The notes under the pieces: model-generated | Seen by the model: the letters and a program-made list of their open reading frames with translations, nothing else | The model's database searches: none | Told to the model about the DNA's origin: nothing | Source: a virus | DNA: 64,000 nucleotides | Strand: one strand, 5' to 3' | IMG/VR virus record: IMGVR_UViG_3300025141_000034 | Span: 32,001 to 96,000 of that record | Part shown: one piece after another, positions 49,217 to 58,300 of the stretch | Layout: every line of letters starts with the position of its first letter | Numbering within the stretch: the first letter of the stretch is position 1 | Program-made: the position numbers and the translations under genes

Positions 49217-50092
49217 GTGATCATCTCTCACAAGAATAGATTTGTCTTCTTTAAGCCTATGAAGGTCGCCGGATCTAGCGTGGAAGTAGCACTTAGTGAG
49301 CACTGCGATGATGGTGATATTTTAACAGGAACTAATCACGTAGATGAGATTTCGTCAGATGAATATGAGTATCCTACAAGAAATAACATCGTAAAGCATA
49401 CACATAAGGGAGATGTTGCATTAGCAATAATGAGGAAGACAGGAAATATTCACAAGGTCACTCCTGAGATGATTGAGGCGGGATTAAGAATAGAGATCTT
49501 AGAGCCGAGATTTCACATGCATGCGCTTCCAGAGCAGATCTTAGATCAGGACATTCTTAAAGAAGGGTATAGAAAAATAACTGTTGTGAGAAATCCGTGG
49601 GACATGATCATTTCATTTTTTTGGTGGTCATTCTATACATCTCCAAGCGGATATGTTGACTCTGGTGGCACCGTTCATGAGAGCAATGGTGACTTAGGTT
49701 TTACTCCGAGAAGTCATCCAGAAGCTGCTCCTCGACCGTTAGACGATGCAGATACGCTGAGTCGTAAGCTAGAGATCTTTTGTCAGCTGACAGGTGACTT
49801 TAAGGGTCCCTTGGGTGTTGAGAAAGATAAGAATGTTCTTGATTGGTTCATAGAGACGAATAAAAAGTATTATCAGATTGATTACGATTATGTGATAAGA
49901 CACGAAAGCCTCCAGCATGATTACAATCAACTCTGTAGTGATCTCGATCTGCCTCCTTCAAGACTGCCTAGATTAAAAAGCAGTCAGAGAAAGATAAGAC
50001 TGCCATATCAGGATTACTTTAACGAGTGGACTAGGTCTCACATTGATGATAGGGTAGCAATGTGGATTGAAAAATTTGGATACTCATTTTAA
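49217..50092 (+). CDS. sulfotransferase (Sulfotransfer_2-like, PAPS-dependent)
   Basis: IISHKNRFVFFKPMKVAGSSVE (5'-PSB loop), TVVRNPWDMIISFF (3'-PB motif), DYVIRHESLQHDY, and C-terminal YQDYF...IEKFGYSF. Start is probably the GTG at 49217 (ORF open from 49202). Confidence 0.8.
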   Translation: MIISHKNRFVFFKPMKVAGSSVEVALSEHCDDGDILTGTNHVDEISSDEYEYPTRNNIVKHTHKGDVALAIMRKTGNIHKVTPEMIEAGLRIEILEPRFHMHALPEQILDQDILKEGYRKITVVRNPWDMIISFFWWSFYTSPSGYVDSGGTVHESNGDLGFTPRSHPEAAPRPLDDADTLSRKLEIFCQLTGDFKGPLGVEKDKNVLDWFIETNKKYYQIDYDYVIRHESLQHDYNQLCSDLDLPPSRLPRLKSSQRKIRLPYQDYFNEWTRSHIDDRVAMWIEKFGYSF

Positions 50093-50110
50093 TTTAATGA
50101 TGATATCTTA

Positions 50111-50117
50111 ATACTTA
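50111..50117 (+). promoter_or_regulatory. putative late promoter ATACTTA
   Basis: ATANTTA motif, here about 90 nt before the start codon, immediately before a structured leader. Confidence 0.5.
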
Positions 50118-50120
50118 GCG

Positions 50121-50183
50121 TTAAGCCCGATGCACGGTATAAGGCGGAACCTACACGTTAGCATTGGAAGCATGTAGGCTTAA
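50121..50183 (+). ncRNA. candidate structured 5'-leader RNA (pseudoknot)
   Basis: CCGATGC(50127-33)/GCATTGG(50161-67) crosses CCTACA(50150-55)/TGTAGG(50173-78), and both are enclosed by TTAAG/CTTAA. A GC-richer patch in an AT-rich gap. Confidence 0.5.
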
Positions 50184-50207
50184 ACACAAAAAATAAAAGG
50201 AGAAATT

Positions 50208-50687
50208 ATGCCAAAGGTAAAATATACATCATCTGCGGGACTAGTTCAGTCAGCAGGAGATGATGTTCAAATCGAGGGAACACTTCGTCTTCGAGCCACG
50301 AGTGCTCCAAGCCTGACAGTCAAGTATGCTGCAGCAGCTGTTCCAGGTACTTCAAATCAGACTATCACCATTGCCCAGCTAAAGACCGGCATTCTATATG
50401 ACGATCCTGAAGGTGCAGGAACATGGACGCTTCCGACAGCAACGTTGCTTTTGGCAGGTCTTCCAGGATATGCTGTCGGTGATTGTCTAGACTTTTCTGT
50501 CATTAACAATGCTACGACAGGTGCAGACGAGATAATTACTATGGCAGTGGGAACCGGTGGCACAGCTGCTGGAAATATGCTAGTTGCTGCTCCAAATGTT
50601 ACTGAGGACCAGGAAAATTCCGGAAGTGCAATGTTTAGAATTAGAATTACATCATCTTCAGCGTATGTGTGCTATAGATTAGCATAG
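50208..50687 (+). CDS. putative head decoration / small virion protein
   Basis: 159-aa A/T/G-rich beta protein (TWTLPTA...GDCLDFSVIN) with strong SD AAGGAG, near the MCP. Confidence 0.6.
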   Translation: MPKVKYTSSAGLVQSAGDDVQIEGTLRLRATSAPSLTVKYAAAAVPGTSNQTITIAQLKTGILYDDPEGAGTWTLPTATLLLAGLPGYAVGDCLDFSVINNATTGADEIITMAVGTGGTAAGNMLVAAPNVTEDQENSGSAMFRIRITSSSAYVCYRLA

Positions 50688-50709
50688 TACATCTGATTAA
50701 TTGTCCCAT

Positions 50710-50741
50710 TAAAAGCACCTCTTTTTACAGGGGTGCTTTTA
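50710..50741 (+). terminator. intrinsic (possibly bidirectional) terminator
   Basis: TAAAAGCACCTCT-TTTTAC-AGGGGTGCTTTTA hairpin with A/T flanks. Confidence 0.8.
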
Positions 50742-50773
50742 TCATTTTCATATTTCACAAGTTGCACAGCTGA

Positions 50774-50780
50774 ATAATTA
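50774..50780 (+). promoter_or_regulatory. putative late promoter ATAATTA (tubulin gene)
   Basis: ATANTTA motif between the terminator and the ATG at 50797. Confidence 0.5.
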
Positions 50781-50796
50781 TCTATAGGGCTGCTTT

Positions 50797-52029
50797 ATGG
50801 CGTCTAGCATGAGAACCCTTAAGAAAAACTACAGGAAAGAACCACCAAAAGAGCGTAAGAAGAAAGAAACTAACTCTAAATTTTACGCCGACCAGGACAT
50901 GGTGGAAAATAACCTAACGCTAGACGATAATAGCAAGCAAGAGCGAAAGCCAGCCTCACCTAAAGGGGAGATTAAGAGAGATATGACCAGTACTAATGAC
51001 GATTTTGATTTTGTAGCAGACTATGATGATGCTGTGGTCGGAGAGAGTGAAACTCTTCTTCCTGGAAACACAGCACCTTCGTCACTTTCCGTCGGTTTTG
51101 TCGGTGTAGGTGGGGGTGGCGGAAAGATGGCAAAGGCCTTTATAGATCTAGGATTTACTCAGACTCTGGTTGTGAATACCACAGACAAGGATCAGCCAAC
51201 TGAACTGGGAGAGGATCACTTCCTTCTCATTCCAGGTGCAGACGGTGTAGGAAAGAATGTTGAGTTAGGTCGTCAGATTCTATCTAATAATAGCGCACTT
51301 GTTGAGGATCATCTTAGATCTAAGGTTGGAAGAGTTGACTGGCTATTTGTTCTTGCAGGCGGCGGCGGTGGGACAGGAAGCTCTTGTTACTCACTGGACT
51401 CAGCACTTCAGCGATATCTTAAGTCAGTATCTGCTTCTGGAAATGTTGTCTATGTAGTGACATCGCCTACAGCGCAGGAGCTCTTGAACCCGACGATTAA
51501 GAAGAACTATGAGTCATTACTGTCAGATGTCACAGGATCAGCGCATGTGGTTATAGACAATGAGAGACAGCTACAGCTACTTAGAGGAAAGGTTGGCATG
51601 CTCGGGCTCTATCCTTCTGCAAATAAGAACTTTGCAAAATTGATTGCACAGGTTCTTAAGCTATCTTCAGAATCTTCACCAATTCAGACATTTGATTCCA
51701 AAGATCTTGAAGTTTGTCTCTCAACAAAGGGAAGACTCTTTCTCGGAACAACAGTTGTTAAGGATCCAAGCGATCTAAACCTGGGATCGATGATTTATCA
51801 GAACTGCATGACGAAGTCTCCATGTCCCTCACCTAGCGGTAAGATAAAGACAGGTGTTTTGTTGCTTGTAGTTACTGAGGCGATGGCCTCCGATCCGGCA
51901 ATAAGCACTCAGCTCGAGGCTGCAATATCTTATGTCGGCGGAAGAACTGATGCACTATTCTCAGGTGTCTACGTTAGAGAGGGATTGCCGGGGCTTGTTG
52001 CTATTTCTGCCCTAGGCGGAATTGAGTAA
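50797..52029 (+). CDS. tubulin/FtsZ-superfamily GTPase
   Basis: T1 loop FVGVGGGGGKMA, VNT..D, T3 GADGVGKNVELG, signature LAGGGGGTGS, VIDNE, T7 loop FDSKDL, and a C-terminal activation-type domain. Confidence 0.88.
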   Translation: MASSMRTLKKNYRKEPPKERKKKETNSKFYADQDMVENNLTLDDNSKQERKPASPKGEIKRDMTSTNDDFDFVADYDDAVVGESETLLPGNTAPSSLSVGFVGVGGGGGKMAKAFIDLGFTQTLVVNTTDKDQPTELGEDHFLLIPGADGVGKNVELGRQILSNNSALVEDHLRSKVGRVDWLFVLAGGGGGTGSSCYSLDSALQRYLKSVSASGNVVYVVTSPTAQELLNPTIKKNYESLLSDVTGSAHVVIDNERQLQLLRGKVGMLGLYPSANKNFAKLIAQVLKLSSESSPIQTFDSKDLEVCLSTKGRLFLGTTVVKDPSDLNLGSMIYQNCMTKSPCPSPSGKIKTGVLLLVVTEAMASDPAISTQLEAAISYVGGRTDALFSGVYVREGLPGLVAISALGGIE

Positions 52030-52130
52030 AAAATAAGAAATATTTATATACCCCGCTTTCAAAGATGCTGAAGACTTTACTCTGTACTCTTTGTTAAATA
52101 TTTTCATCATTGAATCTCCCGTTTAAGTCC

Positions 52131-52147
52131 ATATTTATGGATAGTTA
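52131..52147 (+). promoter_or_regulatory. tandem putative late promoters ATATTTA / ATAGTTA
   Basis: Two ATANTTA copies upstream of the neck operon; a third copy at 52040-52046. Confidence 0.5.
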
Positions 52148-52167
52148 TCTTAGTAACCGGAGTGTCA

Positions 52168-53352
52168 ATGGCAACATTTACAAATACAACTAATCCCACA
52201 CCTTTTGGATTTTTTGACTCTGATGGTGACTTTAAGGCGGAAGCTGATAATGTAGTTACATTTGTCAAGAGAAAGATGGGAGATGATATTCTATCTGTTG
52301 AATTAACAAAAAAGCAGATCTGGGCAAATCTTGAGGAGTCATGTCTAGAGTATGGCTCAATATTAAATCAATATCAGGCAAAGTCACAGCTAATTCAGTT
52401 TCTTGGAATGCCAACAACAGGCTCAGATGGTCACATGTCAGGGTCAGAGAGCAAGTATCCAAGAGAGAATCTTGAGTACCTAATCAGATTTGCAGAGCCG
52501 TATGCCATGGAAGCTGGCGTGGGAGGCTCATATAATATGATCTCAGGCTCTATACAGCTAGAAATGAATAGACAAGATTATGACATCTACTCAGAGCTTA
52601 AGAATTTTGACGGTGACGTTATATTCACGTCTGGATCAAATACTAGACCGAAGACAAAGCTTAAGATTAGCGAGGTCTTTCACTTTGGACCTGAGGCTGC
52701 ATATAGATTCTTTGACACGACAAGTGCTATTAATTACTTGAATAATGAATTTTCATTTGAGTCGTTTACTCCAGAGACTATATTCTATGTTCTTCCTGTC
52801 TTTGAGGATATTCTTAGAGCTGGACAGCTAGACTTATCAAATAGAGTTCGTAGATCAAATTACTCTTATAAGATTGTAGGAACAAATATTAGAGTGTATC
52901 CCACACCCTCTAGTGCTAACCCGGCAAAGCTTTATCTGAGAGTGATGTACTATCCAGATCCTCTAAATCCATCATATCATGATGAGACAATAGGCGGCGT
53001 ATCTAATTTGTCTAATGTTCCATTTGGAAATCTAGTGTACAGTAAGATTAACAGCATCGGAAGACAGTGGATTAGACAGTATTCACTTGCTCTATCTAGA
53101 GAGCAATTAGGTCTAATTAGATCAAAATTTGGAAGTATCCCTGTTCCAGGGGCTGAGGTATCTTTAAATGGAGGAGAGCTTATAACACAGGGAAGGGCAG
53201 ATAGAGATGCTCTTATCACTCAGCTAAAGGAGATGCTTGATACACTTACATACGATAAGATCATGGAGACAGCTGCATCTAGAGCTGAATTTATTCAAAA
53301 GCAGCTTAGGTTCTCACCCATGCCAAATGGGTGGACAATTTTCATGGGATAG
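52168..53352 (+). CDS. neck / head-tail adaptor protein (T4 gp13-like)
   Basis: KRKMGDDILSVELT..QI, QWIRQYSLALSRE.LGLIRSKF.SIPVPGAEVSLNG.EL. First gene of the neck-tail block. Confidence 0.8.
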   Translation: MATFTNTTNPTPFGFFDSDGDFKAEADNVVTFVKRKMGDDILSVELTKKQIWANLEESCLEYGSILNQYQAKSQLIQFLGMPTTGSDGHMSGSESKYPRENLEYLIRFAEPYAMEAGVGGSYNMISGSIQLEMNRQDYDIYSELKNFDGDVIFTSGSNTRPKTKLKISEVFHFGPEAAYRFFDTTSAINYLNNEFSFESFTPETIFYVLPVFEDILRAGQLDLSNRVRRSNYSYKIVGTNIRVYPTPSSANPAKLYLRVMYYPDPLNPSYHDETIGGVSNLSNVPFGNLVYSKINSIGRQWIRQYSLALSREQLGLIRSKFGSIPVPGAEVSLNGGELITQGRADRDALITQLKEMLDTLTYDKIMETAASRAEFIQKQLRFSPMPNGWTIFMG

Positions 53353-53355
53353 TAG

Positions 53356-54021
53356 ATGGCTAGACTTTTTATTACACCGCGTGAGATAGATTTCATCAAT
53401 GATACAGCCAAGGAGCTTGTCAAGGACGTCATCGGTCAGAGAATATATTACTTTCAGATATCTGAGATAAAGACAAATGTCCACGATGTCTATGAGGAGG
53501 CTCCAGAGAAGATCTTCGAAACTCCGATAGCAATTGATGCTCTAGTTAAGTACGAGCCCCAGACAATCAAAACAAATAGATTTGGTAGTGAGGAGTATTA
53601 TTCAATAGAAGTGTATATTCAGAAAAGAGATTTAATTGACAAGGGGGTCAAGATACTTGAGGGTGATTTTTTTAGCTACGGAACTGTATTTTTTGAAGTC
53701 ATAACAGCACCAGATTCTCAGAATATTTTCGGAGAAATTGAGTATAAGAGCTTTATCACAGTTAAAGGAAAACAGGCTCGAGCTGGACAGTTTGTTTCGA
53801 AAGTGTTCGGACCTACAAGTGAGGAGTATACAGATACCGACGCTGTCCAGGAGACATTTGTTCAGCAGCGAGGATTTAAAAATAATAGGCTTGGATCAAC
53901 AGAAGATGTGCGAGACCTACGTAAGAAGGGTGTTCTAGATGAGCCGATCTCAGGTCCGTCTGAGGTTTCAAGAAGAGGCATCGCAGGAAAAACTGGGTCA
54001 AGCTTTTATGATGAAAAATAG
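53356..54021 (+). CDS. neck / head-closure protein (gp14-like)
   Basis: ELVKDVIGQRIYYF...HDVYEEA..K.F..P...EGDFFSYG..FFEV; position after the gp13-like gene. Confidence 0.7.
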   Translation: MARLFITPREIDFINDTAKELVKDVIGQRIYYFQISEIKTNVHDVYEEAPEKIFETPIAIDALVKYEPQTIKTNRFGSEEYYSIEVYIQKRDLIDKGVKILEGDFFSYGTVFFEVITAPDSQNIFGEIEYKSFITVKGKQARAGQFVSKVFGPTSEEYTDTDAVQETFVQQRGFKNNRLGSTEDVRDLRKKGVLDEPISGPSEVSRRGIAGKTGSSFYDEK

Positions 54022-54032
54022 TGAGGTGATAT

Positions 54033-55244
54033 ATGGCTGAGGGAATTCCTCCAAAATTTGAAGGAACTAACGTACCTAGTGATTTTCAAATCCCATCATG
54101 TGGAATAGAGGATATTGACAGGGCTGTGTTTCAGCTGTTCGACGATAGGCTTAATTTTTCTATTGAGGTTGACGGAGAGTCAAAAAAGGTTCCTGTCGTT
54201 TTTGCCGCTGGTGAAAGATTTGCTCTTACTAGAAGGTCGGCAAATTTTAGAGATGTCAATAATGCACTAATCTTACCGATTATTTCAATAGAGAGAGGCG
54301 TGATAGACTACTCACCAGGACTTGGTGGGTATGGAACACCTATCGCCTCTAGGGACCAGATATCATACACAATTAAGAGAAGACTTAGTGAAGCTGACAG
54401 AGATTATCAAAATATAGTTAACAAAAAGAGACTAAAGCATCAGTCAAATGTTGCCACCAGGGGAAATTTTGGAAATACGTCTGCGTTTCCTGGGTTAGGT
54501 GCAAAGCCAGGAAAAATTGCATCAAGGAGAAATGGAACAAATCTTTCATTTATAGATAGCCCACCTGGATCTCTATTTGAATCTGATATCGGAAATAATA
54601 TATTTGAAATCATCACTGTTCCATATCCTGAGTTCATATTGATTGAATACAATGTGACATTCTGGACTCAGTATATGCAGAATATGAATAAGCTTCTAGA
54701 ATCCATGTTAATTCAATTTGATGGTCAGGAAAAAGCCTTTCAGATTATTACAAGAAATGGATATGAGCTCGTTGCTTATTTTCAGGGTCAGTTTACTGCA
54801 GATACTAATTTTAGCGATTACACAGATAGTGAAAGGGTGATTAAGTATAACTTCAATATAAAGGTTCCAGGATGTATTATTGCGCCAGACGTTGAAGGAT
54901 TACCAAGTCCGTTTAGAAGATTTCTCTCAGCACCTCAGATAGAGTTTGGTGTTGATCAAGTCAATACACAGGTCTCATCAACAGCAGATAAGGGACCTAG
55001 TCAAAATAATATTAATAAATTTATATTAAGTGACGTAGAGGAATTAGGATCAGATGGTGAGCAACCAACACAGAGGGGTCAACGAGGTGTTAGACTCTTA
55101 GAGACAATTCAAAATCCATTCACGGGTGAGAAAACTCAAAAATTTGTCAAGGTTATAACAAGAAATCAGAGATCGGGAGAAACTGTTGCTAGCTCTAGAA
55201 TTGTTGTCAATCTTGAAACAATAAACGATACTGATACTGAATAG
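54033..55244 (+). CDS. tail terminator / sheath stabiliser (gp15-like)
   Basis: IEDIDRAV, KVPVVFAAGERF, LPIISIER, VPYP..I.YNVTFWTQYMQNMNKLLE; directly upstream of the sheath. Confidence 0.7.
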   Translation: MAEGIPPKFEGTNVPSDFQIPSCGIEDIDRAVFQLFDDRLNFSIEVDGESKKVPVVFAAGERFALTRRSANFRDVNNALILPIISIERGVIDYSPGLGGYGTPIASRDQISYTIKRRLSEADRDYQNIVNKKRLKHQSNVATRGNFGNTSAFPGLGAKPGKIASRRNGTNLSFIDSPPGSLFESDIGNNIFEIITVPYPEFILIEYNVTFWTQYMQNMNKLLESMLIQFDGQEKAFQIITRNGYELVAYFQGQFTADTNFSDYTDSERVIKYNFNIKVPGCIIAPDVEGLPSPFRRFLSAPQIEFGVDQVNTQVSSTADKGPSQNNINKFILSDVEELGSDGEQPTQRGQRGVRLLETIQNPFTGEKTQKFVKVITRNQRSGETVASSRIVVNLETINDTDTE

Positions 55245-55264
55245 GACATTTGAAGTTCAGGTCA

Positions 55265-55271
55265 ATAGTTA
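55265..55271 (+). promoter_or_regulatory. putative late promoter ATAGTTA
   Basis: ATANTTA motif upstream of the SD GAGGAG of sheath 1. Confidence 0.5.
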
Positions 55272-55307
55272 TATGTGTGTATAGACTGATTTAGAGGAGA
55301 ATGATCT

Positions 55308-58300
55308 ATGGCCGAACAGACCTTCAGATCACCAGGATTTTTTGAGAGAGAGATCGACCTATCCGGGAGAGTTCAGGAAGTTGCAGGAGTCCCCGCAGGT
55401 ATCATTGGAACATCAGAATTTGGTCCAGCATTTATTCCCGTGACACTTGGATCGTTTGCAGACTTCAAAGAAAAATTTGGTGACTTAGACTCAACCAAAT
55501 TTGGGCCCTACGCTGTTAATGAGTTTCTTAAGAATAGATCTGCAGTGACATTTATAAGGGTTCTTGGTGCCGGAGCAAATTCAGAAAGCACTGATATTCA
55601 AAATACTGTAAACCAGGGAACTGTTAAGAATGCAGGATTTAGAATTAAAGGGTCTGCTGCAACAGAGGCACCTGGTGAAAAGGGACATAAGGGTGCAGTT
55701 CAATTTATAGCTGCAAAACACGCCCTACAGACAAATGAGGCATTTGGCTATCCGATCTTTACTGATAATGATAGTTTTGATGTATCTGCCGGTGGTGATG
55801 TCTTTCTTGTCAGGGGGATGATCTTTACGTCAACTGGTAGCCGTGTACAGATTCTTCCATACTATGCAAATTATCCCGTTACAGCGTCTGTTGAGGATAT
55901 TGCAGCAGTTGGACCTGATATCAATGATTCCGTAAGCTATAAGAAGTTTAAAATAGTTCTTTCAAGCTCCGCGGGAGCAACATTTGCCAATGATGATGGA
56001 GTTGCTGGAATTAGAATCTACACAGCGTCACTTAACCCAACAAGCGATGACTACATTGGAAAGACATTAAATACAGACCCCACTAGATTTCAGGAGGAGC
56101 AGCACCTGCTCTACGCTGACTTCGCTGTAGAGGATGAGGTTGCATCTGTTACATCCTATGTTGCAATTCTTTCAGGATCAGCGTCAACATCTGCTGGGTC
56201 AGGAGATACCTCACAGACTTATCGTGATATGTACGGTAGATTTGACACAAGATATAGTCCATCAAAGACAACGTTCTTTACGTCGCAGTTATTTGGAAAT
56301 GTTAAGTACAATCTCTTTCACTTTGAGACCATCTCTGACGGAGCAAATACATGTGACAAGTATAAGATCTCAATATCAAACCTTAGAAAGTCAACTGACC
56401 CCAGTGTTGAGTATGGATCGTTTACAGTTTTGGTAAGAAATTTTGGTGACTCTGATACAAGTCCAGAAATCTTAGAGCAGTATCCCCTTTGCACACTTGA
56501 CCCAACTGATGAAAATTTCGTTGGAAGAAAGATCGGTGACCTTAGTGTTAAGTACAATTTTGATGCACTAAGTGAGGATGAAAGAAGATTTGTTGTGAAG
56601 GGAGATTATCCAAATGTCTCTAGCAGGATTAGGATTGTCTTTAGTGACGATCTAAAGAATGGAAATGTTCCAGCTAGCGCACTACCCTTTGGATTTAGAG
56701 GTCTACCAGCGCTGAAGACAAATAATCTGCTTTCTGATACGACATCGACATCAGACGTAAGGCAAATTATTAAAGACGTCTTAAACGGAGGCTCAGACGG
56801 AACAAGACTGGCATTCATTACCGGATCAAATTCAGGGCGACCTGGAATTGCAGACGGTGGTGTAATAGTAGGGTCAATTGTTCCACCAGTTCCGATGACG
56901 TTTAAAGCAACTCAGGGAACCATGGGAACTTCTGGATATGCCGGGAAGCCAGGAACTAATGAGAGGGTTAATTCAAAGTACTACTGGGGTGTGAAGACAA
57001 CACGAGTCCCACTGACAGGATCTCTGTCTAATGCTGTGTTGAATTCAAACGCATCATCAGAGACAAATGAGCTAGTCAGAAGTTATACAAAGCTCTTAGG
57101 TATTCAAAAGCTAGATGCTCTTGTTACCGGCTCAGGCGCAGATGTCTTCTGTAGTAATGAGTTTACCCTTAATAAGGTTGCTTTAAGCACAACACTTGAA
57201 AGCGGTGCAACAACAAGAACGTTAATTAATACAATTGTACAGAGCCTTACTGGAACTGCAGATGAGCACATGCTAGAGGCTGCGTATATTAGAGATGGAA
57301 GAATCAGCAAAGGAAAGAGTTACACAGTTAGAGAGAAGGGTGTTGCAGACCACAGAGTATCGCTAGGTTCTCTCTTAACGTTGACATCGTCAGTATATTT
57401 TAACAGGTTTACAAAGTACGCAAAATTCACTAACATCATGCACGGCGGATTTGATGGAAATAATATTCTAGATCTGGACATGTCAAGAATGAATGATAGA
57501 GCAACAACAGTTGACTCTAGAGGAAAGGCCGGAAGGTCCAGACCGGAAGGTTCGACAGATCTTGATACCGGTCTAGATGCAACATCTACAAGTGGAGCAG
57601 GAAAGAATAACAATGCTGTCTTCTCATACAGATCAGCAATTGATATCATGACAGATCCGATGGTGACAAGAATTAATATTCTAGCTGTTCCTGGAATTAG
57701 AGAAGGCTTTGTGACTGATCACGCAGCTGATAAGACAAGGGAGTATAGCCAGGCAATATATCTGATGGATATTCCAAGCTACACAGACGGTGATGTTAGG
57801 ATATTTACCAGCGATGACTTTAGGCCCAATGTCACAAAGACGCGAGACAGGCTTGATAGAAGATCAATAGATAACAACTACGCTGCAACCTATTTTCCTG
57901 ACGTCACAATCACAGACGATAGGAATGGAAATGCTGTTAGGGTTCCATCTTCTGTTATAGCGCTTTCTGCACTTGGATTCAATGACGCAGTTTCTTATCC
58001 CTGGTTCGCACCCGCAGGATTTAATAGAGCTGCTTTGTCAAATGTTGTCAACGTTGCAACAAGATTAAATAATGCTGATAGAGATGATCTGTACGATTCC
58101 AGAATTAATCCGATAGCATCTTTCCCACAAGCTGGGTTTGTTATATTCGGTCAGAAGACGCTACAGCAGGCAAAGTCTGCGCTAGACAGGGTAAACGTGA
58201 GAAGAATGCTTCTGGAGGTTAAGAGAATAGTCTCTAATGCAGCTAAAAAGCTGGTGTTTGAACAAAATACACCTGCCACAAGATCAAAATTCATAGCTCA

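Noticed and set aside
49192-49218. sigma70 promoter TTGACG...TATAGT before the sulfotransferase
   Set aside because: The spacer is only 15 bp and the -10 overlaps the likely GTG start codon.
50121-50183. HDV-like/theta ribozyme or a known riboswitch class for the structured leader
   Set aside because: Only 5 nt lie between the P2 5' strand and the P1 3' strand, leaving no room for P3/L3, and no known aptamer consensus was recognised. Kept as an unassigned structured RNA.
50797-52029. Calling the tubulin PhuZ and inferring a phage nucleus
   Set aside because: No chimallin or phiKZ-type multisubunit RNA polymerase genes are in the window and the head genes are T4-like; the subfamily cannot be assigned without a phylogeny.
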